The notes below the pieces were generated by a model. The model made no database searches and was not told the DNA's origin. It saw nothing but the letters and a program-made list of their open reading frames with translations. A stretch of DNA of 64,000 bases, taken from Anaerolineae bacterium. GTDB lineage: Bacteria > Chloroflexota > Anaerolineae > Fen-1058. How positions within the stretch are numbered: the first letter of the stretch is position 1; the number at the start of each line of letters is the position of its first letter. The stretch is taken from assembly GCA_035292585.1 (NCBI GenBank), contig DATDPU010000033.1:9691-73690 (forward strand), given 5' to 3'. This document shows positions 46,411 through 56,440 of this stretch, in pieces. Made by a program: the position numbers and the translations under genes.

Positions 46411-46521
46411 CTTTTAAGACAGCCTGAAACCTGCGCCGATAATGGGGAAGTGTTGCAGCTTGATTAAGGCCGGTAACAGACCGGCGTGTTCAGCGTCGAG
46501 TAGGCCTTTCGGCCAGTTGTC

Positions 46522-47097
46522 ATGATCGAAACTCTTCGTTATCATTCTTACAAAATGCCAACCTTGATTGTTCCGTCCACGAATCTGGTTACTACGCCGG
46601 ACATCGAGAAGCTGCGCCGCGAGAGCGTGACGGGTTGGTTGATCACCAACAACAACCGCCGGCTCACCCCGACCTTCCATTACGGCCCTGAAGAGTCGCG
46701 CCCGCTCCTGGCGACTGCGCTGCACGAGAGTGTTTCACGCCAGATCGGCGCGGCGATCACCGGCCCGCACGCGACGGCGATTGCCGACCGGTTGGCGTTC
46801 GCCGGTTTTACGTTTCGCGACACCAAACGGCGGCTTGCCACCCAGACCATTGCCGTATGGCTGGCGATGCCGTTCGAGATCGATTGGACAATCAAGCTGT
46901 ATTATGCGGCCTGGTATTCCTATCTGACCAGTCAGGCGCTGGCCGGTTGGTTGGCCTGGCAGGAAGAAGGCATTCTGCCGGTCACCGCGTTGCGCCGGAT
47001 GCGCGAGCGGCTGCTGCAAGATTCGGTTGCGGTGCTGACCCGTCTCGAGCTGATCGAATTCCTCAAGCACCTCGACACACTCGCCGCCGAGTGGTAA
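46522..47097 (+). CDS. hypothetical protein
   Basis: 191-aa ORF with good codon and GC pattern and no recognisable motif. Confidence 0.45.
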   Translation: MIETLRYHSYKMPTLIVPSTNLVTTPDIEKLRRESVTGWLITNNNRRLTPTFHYGPEESRPLLATALHESVSRQIGAAITGPHATAIADRLAFAGFTFRDTKRRLATQTIAVWLAMPFEIDWTIKLYYAAWYSYLTSQALAGWLAWQEEGILPVTALRRMRERLLQDSVAVLTRLELIEFLKHLDTLAAEW

Positions 47098-47297
47098 AGC
47101 AAATCACTTTCACCTGACCTCCCCGGCAGGCTCTTCCTGGCGTAATTCAGCCGTCGCCTTTCGTTCAATACGTCAGGAAGACGAGGGTCACTTGTCTTTT
47201 GACAATTGGCCCATCCGGTATAGACTATGACCGCGCGGTCATTATAATCCACTCGTGCAAAACAGCGCGGCGTAGCAACCCGCTAAAGATCGGTGCG

Positions 47298-49973
47298 ATG
47301 TCTTTCCCCGCTCCGTTTGCCACCACCGGTATAACCGAATACCAGAAAAACGCCGACCTGGCGATCTACCTGCTGAATTATCTGGAGCAGACTTGCGATC
47401 CCTATGACCACATCTGGCCGGGCGATCAATTAATCCGCACCGTGCAATACACCTGCCACAGCCTGGAAGCGCTCGACCTGCTCAATTTCAAAGGCGTCAC
47501 CGATCACCTGGCCGGACCGGCCATCGATTGGCTGCTCGATCCACCTCTGGCGCGCGATCTTCCTCCGGAGGATCGCCGCGCGCTGCGCATCTATCCCAGC
47601 CGCTTCAAAACTCTGGCTCAACTTGGCCGGTTCGATCCCGATCGGCTGGCGGCCGACTTTGCCGATATCAGCCAATTGCTCGATCTCAGCACCGGCTGGA
47701 TTCGCAACGCGCCTTACGCGCTCAACCCGCCGCTGATCACGATGATCTGGGTGGACACGCTGTTTCACCTGGAACGTTTGGGCCTGCTCGACCCGACCTG
47801 GCTGGCGCAACGGGAGCGCGCCCTGCAAGCGATTGCCACGGCGTTCGAGGGTTGGGTCAATCAGGCCGCCTTTGCTCTGGCGTTCACGTCTGCGTCTGCG
47901 CCCGCGTCCTTGTCGGATCGGCTGGGGCTGAGTCGGCCGGGCGAAATCGTCAACTCGGGTGACGCCAGCTATGCCTTCGCGCTGCTCATTCAGTCGGGCA
48001 AGTTTGCCGCCGATGCGCCCGTGATCGCTCAAGCGCGGCAGCTGCTCACCACGGCGATCCGGGGACGCCGTCTCGGCGAGATACGCCATACCGACCTGCT
48101 GTATTGCGGCATCCAGCTGCGAACGTATTTCCCTGCAGAGACGGACACGCGCGAGGTGGTCGAGGCGTTTGTCGAGGAACTCCGCGAGCGCTATCAAAAC
48201 AACGAATGCCAGCGTGAGGCGATTTCCTTCCACGCCCTCGTCCTACGTTTGCTCGCCGCGCACCACGGCGAGCGGCTGCGCGAAGCGATTCTTGAAAAAC
48301 TGTGGCTGCAAACGCGCGAGCTCGCCGAGGCCGAGCAACGGCTGGCGCAGGAGCAAATCGAGGCGGCGTTCATCGATCTGGTCCGGCGCAGTATCCACAT
48401 TCATCTCAGCCCGGCGCAACCGATCACCGGAACCGCCAGCCGAGGCGAAGTCTACCGCCTACGCTTCAGCCTGACGACCGAAGCCACCGACGATCGCGGC
48501 GCGCCGTTCTCGCTGCCGCGCGACTCGCTGCGCCTGATCGTGAAAAAGGGTCCGCCCGAGGTTTTAGTGCGCGCCAGCAAGCGCTACCGTGAGCTGCCCG
48601 AACCCTTGCAGCAGCTCTTCGCTCGGCACACGCTTGACGAAGATCGGCGCGAGGCCGCGCCCGGCTATCTGGTCATGCAAGACCTGGCCGACATGCAGCC
48701 GCTCTCCGAAATCCTCGATCAACTCGACCGCCCCACCCTGCGCCGCGAAGAGCACGAGAAAATCGCCACGGCGGCGGCGGCGGTCGCCGACGTGATGGCG
48801 ACCTTGCACGCTTACGATCGCCGCGCCACCGTGGTCGGTCACCAGTTCAACGTGATCTATCTCACGCCGCTGGTGAATTGTCTCAACCGGCTGTGCCAGC
48901 CGCTCGCCTTTCCCGAACTCAAGCAGTGGGTCGAAGGCACACTGGAGGCCAACGGCTGGACCTACAAAAAGTTCGATTGGTATCTCAGACGCCTGAGCCA
49001 GTTCGAGCCGCGGCTACGCCCGGCCGGGCTGGGCTACCTGCACGGCGATTGTCACAGCCGGAACCTGATGCTCAACCGCAGCCTGACGCAGGCGAAGTTC
49101 GTGGACATCGAGACGCTGTCCAAGGCCGAAGACTACGTGATCGATTATGGCTTGCTGATCGAGGACATCGCCGTATATCAGTCGCTGCGTCCCTTTCGTG
49201 AGCATGGCCAGTTGGCGCTGGAGCGGGTTCAGACCAGCCGGCCGGGTAATGAAAGCAGCACGTTGGAGAACTGGATCGCCTACCCGGCCTTTCCTGAACG
49301 CTCGGAAGTGGCTTTAACTTTTCAGCGCGAACTGCTCCGGCGCCTGGAGCAATACGCCGAGGGTATCGGCGACGCCACCTGGAAGGAACGCTTGTGGGTG
49401 GCGATTGCACGCGGGTTGTTCCTGTTGAGCGACCGCCAGCTGACCAGCCATACCATCGAGCCGAAACGCCGCCGCGATGGCCTGAAGCTGGTGCAGGTCG
49501 CTTACGCGGAGGCCACCCGCCTGCTGCACGAGTTAATCGACTGTTTGGAACAGAAGGGCAAAACACCTCTACCCGAACTGCCCTTTCCCGGCGCGCATCG
49601 ACCGCCGCCGCGCGCGCCGGAGAGCCAGGTTTCAGGCTTGATTGGCTCGCTGCTTGAAGCGTTCAAGACTGAGTTCGGCGACATTGCCGACTATCAGCAC
49701 GCGCCGGGCGCGCCTTACCTCATCGACTACTTTACGCGGCCCGATCATCGCCTGTTCGCCCGATTGCACACCAAGAACGTTGCGCCGACGCTCTATCTCG
49801 CCTGCCGCCCCGATCAACTGGACGATCCCCACAACCTGGCTAAAGCGCCGGGCCAGGGCGACTTGGGCGCTCGCATCCCATTGACGCCGGCCACCGCCAT
49901 CCCCGACGTGTTGGCGCTCGTTCGGCAAGCCTATCAGATCGTGGTTCGTTTGGCCGCTCCAACGAAACAGTAA
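47298..49973 (+). CDS. large multidomain protein with C-terminal APH/eukaryotic-like kinase-fold domain
   Basis: The C-terminal region has the Brenner motif YLHGDCHSRNLML and a DxE motif (VDIE). The N-terminal about 400 aa are helical-repeat, possibly an alpha/alpha-toroid. The start is chosen at MSFPAPF. Confidence 0.6.
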   Translation: MSFPAPFATTGITEYQKNADLAIYLLNYLEQTCDPYDHIWPGDQLIRTVQYTCHSLEALDLLNFKGVTDHLAGPAIDWLLDPPLARDLPPEDRRALRIYPSRFKTLAQLGRFDPDRLAADFADISQLLDLSTGWIRNAPYALNPPLITMIWVDTLFHLERLGLLDPTWLAQRERALQAIATAFEGWVNQAAFALAFTSASAPASLSDRLGLSRPGEIVNSGDASYAFALLIQSGKFAADAPVIAQARQLLTTAIRGRRLGEIRHTDLLYCGIQLRTYFPAETDTREVVEAFVEELRERYQNNECQREAISFHALVLRLLAAHHGERLREAILEKLWLQTRELAEAEQRLAQEQIEAAFIDLVRRSIHIHLSPAQPITGTASRGEVYRLRFSLTTEATDDRGAPFSLPRDSLRLIVKKGPPEVLVRASKRYRELPEPLQQLFARHTLDEDRREAAPGYLVMQDLADMQPLSEILDQLDRPTLRREEHEKIATAAAAVADVMATLHAYDRRATVVGHQFNVIYLTPLVNCLNRLCQPLAFPELKQWVEGTLEANGWTYKKFDWYLRRLSQFEPRLRPAGLGYLHGDCHSRNLMLNRSLTQAKFVDIETLSKAEDYVIDYGLLIEDIAVYQSLRPFREHGQLALERVQTSRPGNESSTLENWIAYPAFPERSEVALTFQRELLRRLEQYAEGIGDATWKERLWVAIARGLFLLSDRQLTSHTIEPKRRRDGLKLVQVAYAEATRLLHELIDCLEQKGKTPLPELPFPGAHRPPPRAPESQVSGLIGSLLEAFKTEFGDIADYQHAPGAPYLIDYFTRPDHRLFARLHTKNVAPTLYLACRPDQLDDPHNLAKAPGQGDLGARIPLTPATAIPDVLALVRQAYQIVVRLAAPTKQ

Positions 49974-49989
49974 GAGCGTGTCTCCGGTT

Positions 49990-50075
49990 CCCCCGGATGC
50001 GGCCAGCAATACAACTGCTGTTCGAACCTTGGGTTTGCCCCGCAGTTGTACTGCGGGGTATGAACAGCGATCCAA
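49990..50075. repeat. GC-rich hairpin element (CAGCAATACAACTGCTG and CCCCGCAGTTGTACTGCGGGG)
   Basis: Two stem-loops seen 3' of the large kinase-like gene, with a core related to GCAGTTG(C/T)ACTGC. Confidence 0.6.
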
Positions 50076-50250
50076 CCGCTATCCAAATTTCTGAGACCTC
50101 GAACATCCGACCTCGATTCCTCTGGAAAATCGGATTTTTCTTCCTCAAGAAATAATACCGCCCCAAACAGCATTGTTATTACATGTACAGTCCATTGTAT
50201 AATGACGTTGCTCCGGACAATCGTCAGGCTCTTGCGCGGAAGGGCTCCCC

Positions 50251-51447
50251 ATGACGAGCGAACGCATCCTCGTGGCCGAGGACAGCCGAGAAGTTGCTGC
50301 CTTTCTACAAGGCTATTTGGTGCAACAGGGTTATGAGGTGCAGGTCGTCTACGACGGCGAGACGGCCGTGCGCGTCTTCACGGCCCGCCCCTTCGATCTG
50401 GTGCTAACCGATTTGCAGATGCCGCGCCTGGATGGCCTGGGCGTGCTGCATCACGTGAAAGAGCGCTCCAAAGATACCCAGGTCATTATCCTCACCGGTC
50501 ACGCTTCGCTGGACAGCGCACTCGATGCGCTGCGCCACGGCGCGTATGACTATCTGCTCAAGCCGGTCGACCACGTCGACCAACTCCGCTTCACGATCAA
50601 CCGCGCGTTGCAGCAGCGCCGTCTGGAGCTCGAAAACCGGCGCTTGCTGCAAAAGTTGCAAGAAGCCAACACCCACCTGGAGCAGCGGGTGGCCGAGCAG
50701 ACGCACGAGCTGCGCGAGGCTTACGAGCTGCTGAAACGAGTGCGCCGGCACGCCGATAACGCCCGCCTGGCGACGGGTCTGCTGCACCAGATCAACAACG
50801 CCGTCGCCAATATCCCCGAACTGGTCGAAGAACTCGAATCGCTCAAGTGGTCCGAAGCGGCGACGGCCCCGCTCAACGAGTTGCGCCTGAATGCCCACGC
50901 GGTGGCGCACGTGCGCGACTGGCTGTACCAGTTCGTCAAGATCGGCAACCTGTCGCTCGATCCCGTCGATCTGGTCTCGCTGACCAGCCAGACGATCCAT
51001 CGGCTCGAAAACCGCCGGCCGCCTCACGTCCGCGTCGTCGGCCCGCACGCGCCGGGCTTGGTGCCGCCGATTCAAGCCGATCGGGAACTGATCGGCATCC
51101 TGGTCGACAACCTGCTGCAGAACGCCTTTGAAGCCATTCCGCCTACGCGCAAAGGCTTCGTCGGCGTGTGGATCAAGCCCGAGGCCGAGTATTGCATCTT
51201 GGGGATACGCGACAACGGCGTCGGCATCCGGCCTGAGGATCGGGAACAGATCTGGGAATGGGGTTGGACGACCAAGCGCGAGGTTCGGGATAAGGTACAC
51301 GATCGCGGGCTGGGTCTGTACGCCAGCCGCGAGATCGCCTTCGCGCATGGCGGCGCGCTCGAGCTGGAAAACAGCGGGCCGAATGATGGCGCGGCCTTCG
51401 TGGTGCGTTTGCCCGTGGCTGGACCGCGGCTGGTTTCGGAGAGGTGA
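50251..51447 (+). CDS. hybrid response regulator-histidine kinase, paralogue of 34217-35452
   Basis: Receiver domain about 80% identical over the first 150 aa to the protein at 34217-35452. It has an atypical H-box region (HQINNAVANI) and HATPase_c N/G boxes. Confidence 0.85.
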   Translation: MTSERILVAEDSREVAAFLQGYLVQQGYEVQVVYDGETAVRVFTARPFDLVLTDLQMPRLDGLGVLHHVKERSKDTQVIILTGHASLDSALDALRHGAYDYLLKPVDHVDQLRFTINRALQQRRLELENRRLLQKLQEANTHLEQRVAEQTHELREAYELLKRVRRHADNARLATGLLHQINNAVANIPELVEELESLKWSEAATAPLNELRLNAHAVAHVRDWLYQFVKIGNLSLDPVDLVSLTSQTIHRLENRRPPHVRVVGPHAPGLVPPIQADRELIGILVDNLLQNAFEAIPPTRKGFVGVWIKPEAEYCILGIRDNGVGIRPEDREQIWEWGWTTKREVRDKVHDRGLGLYASREIAFAHGGALELENSGPNDGAAFVVRLPVAGPRLVSER

Positions 51448-51451
51448 GGGT

Positions 51452-53074
51452 ATGTTGACTGACTACCGGCGCCGGGTTTTGCTCGTGGAAGATCAGCCGG
51501 AGGTGTATCGCACCCTGGTGCGGCGGCTCACCGCCGACGGTTACCACGTCACGCTGGCGACGAATTACGCGGACGCGCAGCGCGCGCTCGACACCGAACA
51601 CCTGCACCTTGCCATCTTCGACATTCGCCTCGAAAAGGACGACGAGAAGAACGTGGATGGCTTGCGACTACTGGAAAACGTCGCGGCGCTGCACTTGCAG
51701 GACGTGATGCCCTGCATCGTGCTGACCGCCCACGGCACGCTCCCGTTGGCGCTGCACTCGTTGCTCGAACTCGGCGCGGCGCACTTCATCCCGAAAATTC
51801 GCAAGCACGAAGGCTACATCGCGAAACTGCTGGACGTCGTCGGCGAACTATTCGAGGAGCGGCTATGCATCGGGTTCGACCTGCGGTATGAGGGCAACTC
51901 GCTGCAACGGATCGAGCAATGCGCGCACAGCCTTCACGCCGCCAACGGCGATTTGCCCGCGCCCGAAGCGCTGACGCTGCAAGTCCGCGATCTACTGGGC
52001 AAGCTGTTCATCGGCGCCGAACAACTCTGGATCAACGAGATGAACCAGGGCTTCAGCGGATCGGTCGTGCTGTACGTGCGCCCCACCTGGCCGAACGGTC
52101 TCGGCCAGTCGCTGGTCGTCAAGATCGGGCGGCGCGACAAGATCGAAGCCGAGAAGAAAGCGCACCACGAATACGTCGAGCACTTTCTGCCGACCAATCA
52201 CGCCACCCGCCTGGACGATCGCTATACGCGCCATCTGGGCGCGTTGCTGTACACGCTGGCCAATACCGACGCCGCGGACACGCTGGAGTTTCAGCAGTTC
52301 TATCGTAAAGCGCCCACCGAGAAGATCGTCACGGCGCTGCAAGGCCTGGTGCGCGAGGTGTGCTGGCCGTGGTATCAGGGCCGCACGCCGCCCAAATACG
52401 AGAACCTGCGCGACCTGTACCTGGAGGCATTCAACCTTCAGGCCCAACCCGATCGGCTGCGCCAGGAATTCGCCGCGCTGCGCCCCGGCGTCGATCTCGC
52501 CGCGCCGATGCTCACATTCGAGTCGCCGGGCGTCACTTTGCCTAACCCGCTGCGCTGGCTGGAAGACGACGAAGCCAGCATGCAGCCGGTGTGCCGGAGC
52601 ATCACGCACGGCGACCTGCACGCCGACAACATCCTGATCAACGAGGCTAACCAGTGTTGGTTGATCGATTTCTACCGCACGCGCGAGAGCCACATCCTGC
52701 GCGATTTCGTGGTGCTCGAGACCGACATCAAGTTCCGCCTGGCGGCGGCGCTGTCGGCCGAAGAGTTTTACCAGTTGGAGACGACGCTGGTGCAGCTGGA
52801 GCAGCCCGGCGAGCTCCACTTCGACTCCACGGCCTCGCCCGAAGCGCTCAAGGCCGCTACCGTCATCGCCGGCCTCCGCGCCGAGGCGTGGGAGCTGTTC
52901 GGCCGGCCCACCAATCACACCGCTCGCCAAATTCAGCGCGAGTACCTGATCAGCCTATTGATGGCGACGCTGAACATCTTGCGTCTGCAACATTTCAAGG
53001 AACAGCCGGAGCTCCAGCCGCAGCGCGAACGGGCGCTGCTGTCCGCCGCGCTGATCTGTTGGCAGCTGCAATAG
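51452..53074 (+). CDS. response-regulator receiver fused to an APH-like/eukaryotic-like kinase-fold domain
   Basis: ATG 51452, 4 nt after the upstream stop. Receiver pattern (LLVEDQ...IFDIRL...). Kinase-fold motifs: GFSGSVVLYV, VVKIG (beta3 Lys), SITHGDLHADNILI and WLIDFYRTRES. Confidence 0.7.
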   Translation: MLTDYRRRVLLVEDQPEVYRTLVRRLTADGYHVTLATNYADAQRALDTEHLHLAIFDIRLEKDDEKNVDGLRLLENVAALHLQDVMPCIVLTAHGTLPLALHSLLELGAAHFIPKIRKHEGYIAKLLDVVGELFEERLCIGFDLRYEGNSLQRIEQCAHSLHAANGDLPAPEALTLQVRDLLGKLFIGAEQLWINEMNQGFSGSVVLYVRPTWPNGLGQSLVVKIGRRDKIEAEKKAHHEYVEHFLPTNHATRLDDRYTRHLGALLYTLANTDAADTLEFQQFYRKAPTEKIVTALQGLVREVCWPWYQGRTPPKYENLRDLYLEAFNLQAQPDRLRQEFAALRPGVDLAAPMLTFESPGVTLPNPLRWLEDDEASMQPVCRSITHGDLHADNILINEANQCWLIDFYRTRESHILRDFVVLETDIKFRLAAALSAEEFYQLETTLVQLEQPGELHFDSTASPEALKAATVIAGLRAEAWELFGRPTNHTARQIQREYLISLLMATLNILRLQHFKEQPELQPQRERALLSAALICWQLQ

Positions 53075-53451
53075 CCCGCGTCCGAAAAAGTCTTGTCCAC
53101 GAAGCCACACGAAGGGACACGAAAAGTAAACCTATTCGCTGATGCATTGAACACGCGCACCGTAGTGTAGGGCCTTGCGCCTTTGAACAAAGACATGCTG
53201 GCCTCAGTTGGCGCTACATTGAACAAGCGCGCCGTAGTATAGGGCCTTGTGCCCGTTGCACGCTCACGACACCACACGGGCGTTCGAACATGAGCCAACC
53301 TTTTTTCGTGTGACTTCGTGTATCATCGTGGATGAGCTATCCGTTTCCGCGTGAATCCCGGTTTCCGGTTATGGAATCGGGATTCTCATTTTACGGACTT
53401 CGGCCGATTATGCTATAGTAGTTCCACCACATATTTCGAGTTGGAGCGTGG

Positions 53452-54696
53452 ATGGATTACGCGAGGCGGTTCATCGCCCGGCGCGGCTACGTCATCCCCC
53501 TAGTCGCCTTCCTGTTTGTGCTGGGCATCCTGCTCGATCCCGAACGCTGGATCGGCGGCGTGGCCTGGACGTTGCTCGCCGCCTATGGCCTGTACCGTTT
53601 TGCAGTGTGGATGGCGGGCCCGTATACCCTACCGATCGAGCCAAGTTATGATGCGGCCGCGTACGCCCGAAATGTGCTCGGCCTGTTCGCGGGCGGCCAG
53701 CGGCCGGGGATGGCGGTGGTGCGCGAAGGCAAAGTGCTCCCCGACCCGGCCGGCAAACCGCGCGAGAACGTGCGCGGCGTCGGCGCGATCCTGGTCGACG
53801 GGACGAGCGTCGTCGCGCTGGTGACCGACACCGGCCTGAGCCGAATCGAGGGGCCGGGCGTGCATTTCCTGCGCGAGGGCGAAAAACTCGGCCCGGTCAT
53901 CGATCTCCGGCCGCAGCTGCGCAGCAAAGAGATCGAGGCCCAAACGCAGGATGGCATCTGGATCAAGTTTAGGGTTGCCGTGCGCTTCCAGGTAGATCGC
54001 ACGGTGCCGCGCAAAGTCCAAGAGATCGTTCCCAAACAAGCGCGCTACGCCGAGCCGTATACCTGGTCGCAGCACGCCGTCAAGCGCCTGCTCGGACACA
54101 CCCGCATCGGGGCCGATGCCAATCAAACCGAACGCTGGGATGATCGCGCGCTCAACGAGGCGATCAAGCGCGCGCAGATCGCCGTGGCCGGGTACACCTT
54201 CGATCGACTGACCGAGCCGGGCGATCCACGCCTGAACCCGCGCGAAGATATTCGCCAACGGCTGGAAGAGGAGCTCAAAGCCGACCTGGTGAGCGAAGGG
54301 CTTAAACTGCTGGGGCTGCGCATCGGCCAGTTCGTCCCCCGCGATAAAGAAGTGATGGAGCAGCGGATTCGATCGTGGCAGGCCGACTGGATTCGCCAGA
54401 TGAAGATCATCGAGGCAGAAAGCCTGGCCGAGCGGTTCCGGTTGATCGAGACGGCGCGCGCGCAAGGGCAGATGGAGCTGGTGATGCGCATCGTGCAGGC
54501 GCTGGAAGCCAGCCGGCAGATCGGCGTGGAGAATGCCGAGCAGGTCGCGCTGCGGCTGCTGGAGGTGGTCGAACAACTGGCCACCGAACCCGAGATCGAG
54601 CAGCGCTTGACCGGCGAAGCGCGTGCGGCGCTCGACGAAGCCCACGTCAAGTTGCTGAAGAAAGGACCGAGTGGTGGCGTGGCTGCCTCCTCCTAG
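53452..54696 (+). CDS. SPFH/band-7 (flotillin-like) membrane protein, module copy 1
   Basis: Two N-terminal TM helices; SPFH core pattern GPGVHFL...IDLRPQ...QTQDGIWIKFRVAVRFQV; long C-terminal coiled-coil. Confidence 0.6.
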   Translation: MDYARRFIARRGYVIPLVAFLFVLGILLDPERWIGGVAWTLLAAYGLYRFAVWMAGPYTLPIEPSYDAAAYARNVLGLFAGGQRPGMAVVREGKVLPDPAGKPRENVRGVGAILVDGTSVVALVTDTGLSRIEGPGVHFLREGEKLGPVIDLRPQLRSKEIEAQTQDGIWIKFRVAVRFQVDRTVPRKVQEIVPKQARYAEPYTWSQHAVKRLLGHTRIGADANQTERWDDRALNEAIKRAQIAVAGYTFDRLTEPGDPRLNPREDIRQRLEEELKADLVSEGLKLLGLRIGQFVPRDKEVMEQRIRSWQADWIRQMKIIEAESLAERFRLIETARAQGQMELVMRIVQALEASRQIGVENAEQVALRLLEVVEQLATEPEIEQRLTGEARAALDEAHVKLLKKGPSGGVAASS

Positions 54697-56434
54697 CTTC
54701 AGCGAAGTCACGCGCACGGTTGAGACGTCGGCGCGGCAGTGGTGGAGGCGCGAAGCGACGCGCGCGGCGCTGCGCCTGGCGTCTGTCGGCGCGATCATCG
54801 TCGGGCTGGGCGTGATCGGTTGGAGCTTCATCGCGCTGACGATCTTCCCCGATCGCTCGACGGCCGTCGCCAGCAACGAGCAGCCGTGCGTGTACGATGC
54901 AGGGCCAGCGCAATCCGATCGATACAGCCCGCCCCCCCGGCCGGCGCCGTTCGTCGCCGGGCAGCTCGCCGGAGTCGAACTCTCCGTGCTCAACCGGGGC
55001 ACGTGCAGCTGGGATACCCGGCTGACGTTGCAGCGCCAAGGCGGCTCGCTGCCTACAGCGCCGCTCGTCGTCAGCGTGACCCAGGAAACGCTCCCGGATG
55101 CTTTTCTCCAGGTGCAGATCCCGTTTACCGCGCCGCTGACCGTCGGCGTGTACGATTCGATCTGGCGGATGCGCGCACCCGACGGGCAGCCCTTCGGCGC
55201 GCCAATCCGATTTTCGATCATCACCTATCCCGAAGGCGCTGCCCCGGTTTACCCGGCCGAGTCGCCGCTCACGCTCGGCGGGCTGGTCAAGTTCTTCGCG
55301 CTGATGCTGCCGGGCATGTTGGGATTGATGGTGGCCCTGGAGCGCGCCGGGCGCTTCATGCGCGAGTTTTACGGCCTCAAGAAAGATCGCTCCGGCCGCG
55401 CGTATTTGATCTATCGGCTGTTTGGGGTGGGGGAACGCGCCCGGATCACGGTCGCCGACGGCGAAGCGAAATTCGAGGCCGAGGATGAAGCGATCGACAA
55501 GATCGGCGGGCCGGGCCTGTTATCGGTGCACAGCGACATGGCGGCGGTCCTCGAACGCGGCGGCGCGTACTCCGGCATGGTCGGGCCGAACAAGATCATC
55601 CTGTTCCCGTTTGAGCGCGTGCGCGCGGTGATCGACTTGCGCCGGCTGAAACGGACCAAAACCGAATCGGCTTATACCAAAGACGGCATCGAGGTGAAAG
55701 CGGATACGAGCGCATCGTTCGAGTTGGTACAGCGGATGGAAGGTGAACAGGTTCCGGAGCCGGAGAAGCACATGTCGTGGGTGAAGCTGTTCCGCAGCTG
55801 GCTCGGCTTCCGGGTCAAACGGCCCAAGCAGCTCCGGCCGTTGCCCGCCTCGGCCGAAGCGATCCGCCTCATCCTTTACGAGCTGCCGGTCCCGGTAAAG
55901 TGGGACAGCGCCGTGTCGAGCGACTTCGGCGAAGAAATCCCTAAACGGATGCTCGACGAGCTGTGGGCGCCTGAAGACCGCGAGTATAACCCCCGGCGTG
56001 AGCTGGTGCTCGAGATGTTCAACAAACAGCGCGCGTCCCTGCGCAAACGCGGCGTCGAGCTGATCGATCTGACGATTGGCCCGTTGAAAGTGCCGCCGGA
56101 GGTGGACAAGCAGCTGCGCGACTACTGGCAGATGGTGTGGGAGTCGCGCTCGCGCGTGACCCAGGCTGCCGGCGAGGCGCAGGCGTTGCGCCAGGCGCAG
56201 ACGGCGCGCGCCGAGGCGCAGGCCGAGCTCATTCACGCCATCGCGCAGAGCTTCCGCATGATGGCCGCCAGCGGCGCATCGCAACCCTCGCAGGTGATCG
56301 CCGAGAAGATGATCGAAGTGATCGCGCGCACGATGAAGGTAACGCTGGAGGACGCGATCCAACCGATCGGGCCGGCCGATAAAGCCCTGCTGCTCCTCGA
56401 TCGGCTGCATGACATCGTCAACCCGTCGGGATGA
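54671..56434 (+). CDS. membrane protein with beta-sandwich (Ig/NBR1-like) domain and SPFH-like domain, module copy 1
   Basis: TM helix; GTCSWDTRLTLQ...YDSIWRMRAPDGQPFGAPIRFSI beta-sandwich pattern; second TM; SPFH-like DLRRL...TKDGIEVKADTSASFELV; C-terminal coiled coil. Confidence 0.5.
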   Translation: MVAWLPPPSFSEVTRTVETSARQWWRREATRAALRLASVGAIIVGLGVIGWSFIALTIFPDRSTAVASNEQPCVYDAGPAQSDRYSPPPRPAPFVAGQLAGVELSVLNRGTCSWDTRLTLQRQGGSLPTAPLVVSVTQETLPDAFLQVQIPFTAPLTVGVYDSIWRMRAPDGQPFGAPIRFSIITYPEGAAPVYPAESPLTLGGLVKFFALMLPGMLGLMVALERAGRFMREFYGLKKDRSGRAYLIYRLFGVGERARITVADGEAKFEAEDEAIDKIGGPGLLSVHSDMAAVLERGGAYSGMVGPNKIILFPFERVRAVIDLRRLKRTKTESAYTKDGIEVKADTSASFELVQRMEGEQVPEPEKHMSWVKLFRSWLGFRVKRPKQLRPLPASAEAIRLILYELPVPVKWDSAVSSDFGEEIPKRMLDELWAPEDREYNPRRELVLEMFNKQRASLRKRGVELIDLTIGPLKVPPEVDKQLRDYWQMVWESRSRVTQAAGEAQALRQAQTARAEAQAELIHAIAQSFRMMAASGASQPSQVIAEKMIEVIARTMKVTLEDAIQPIGPADKALLLLDRLHDIVNPSG

Positions 56435-56440
56435 GAGCCT

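Noticed and set aside
46414-46725. 103-aa minus-strand ORF overlapping the start of the 46522 gene
   Set aside because: It overlaps a plus-strand ORF with better coding features, lies partly within the GC-rich hairpin element, and has no motif.
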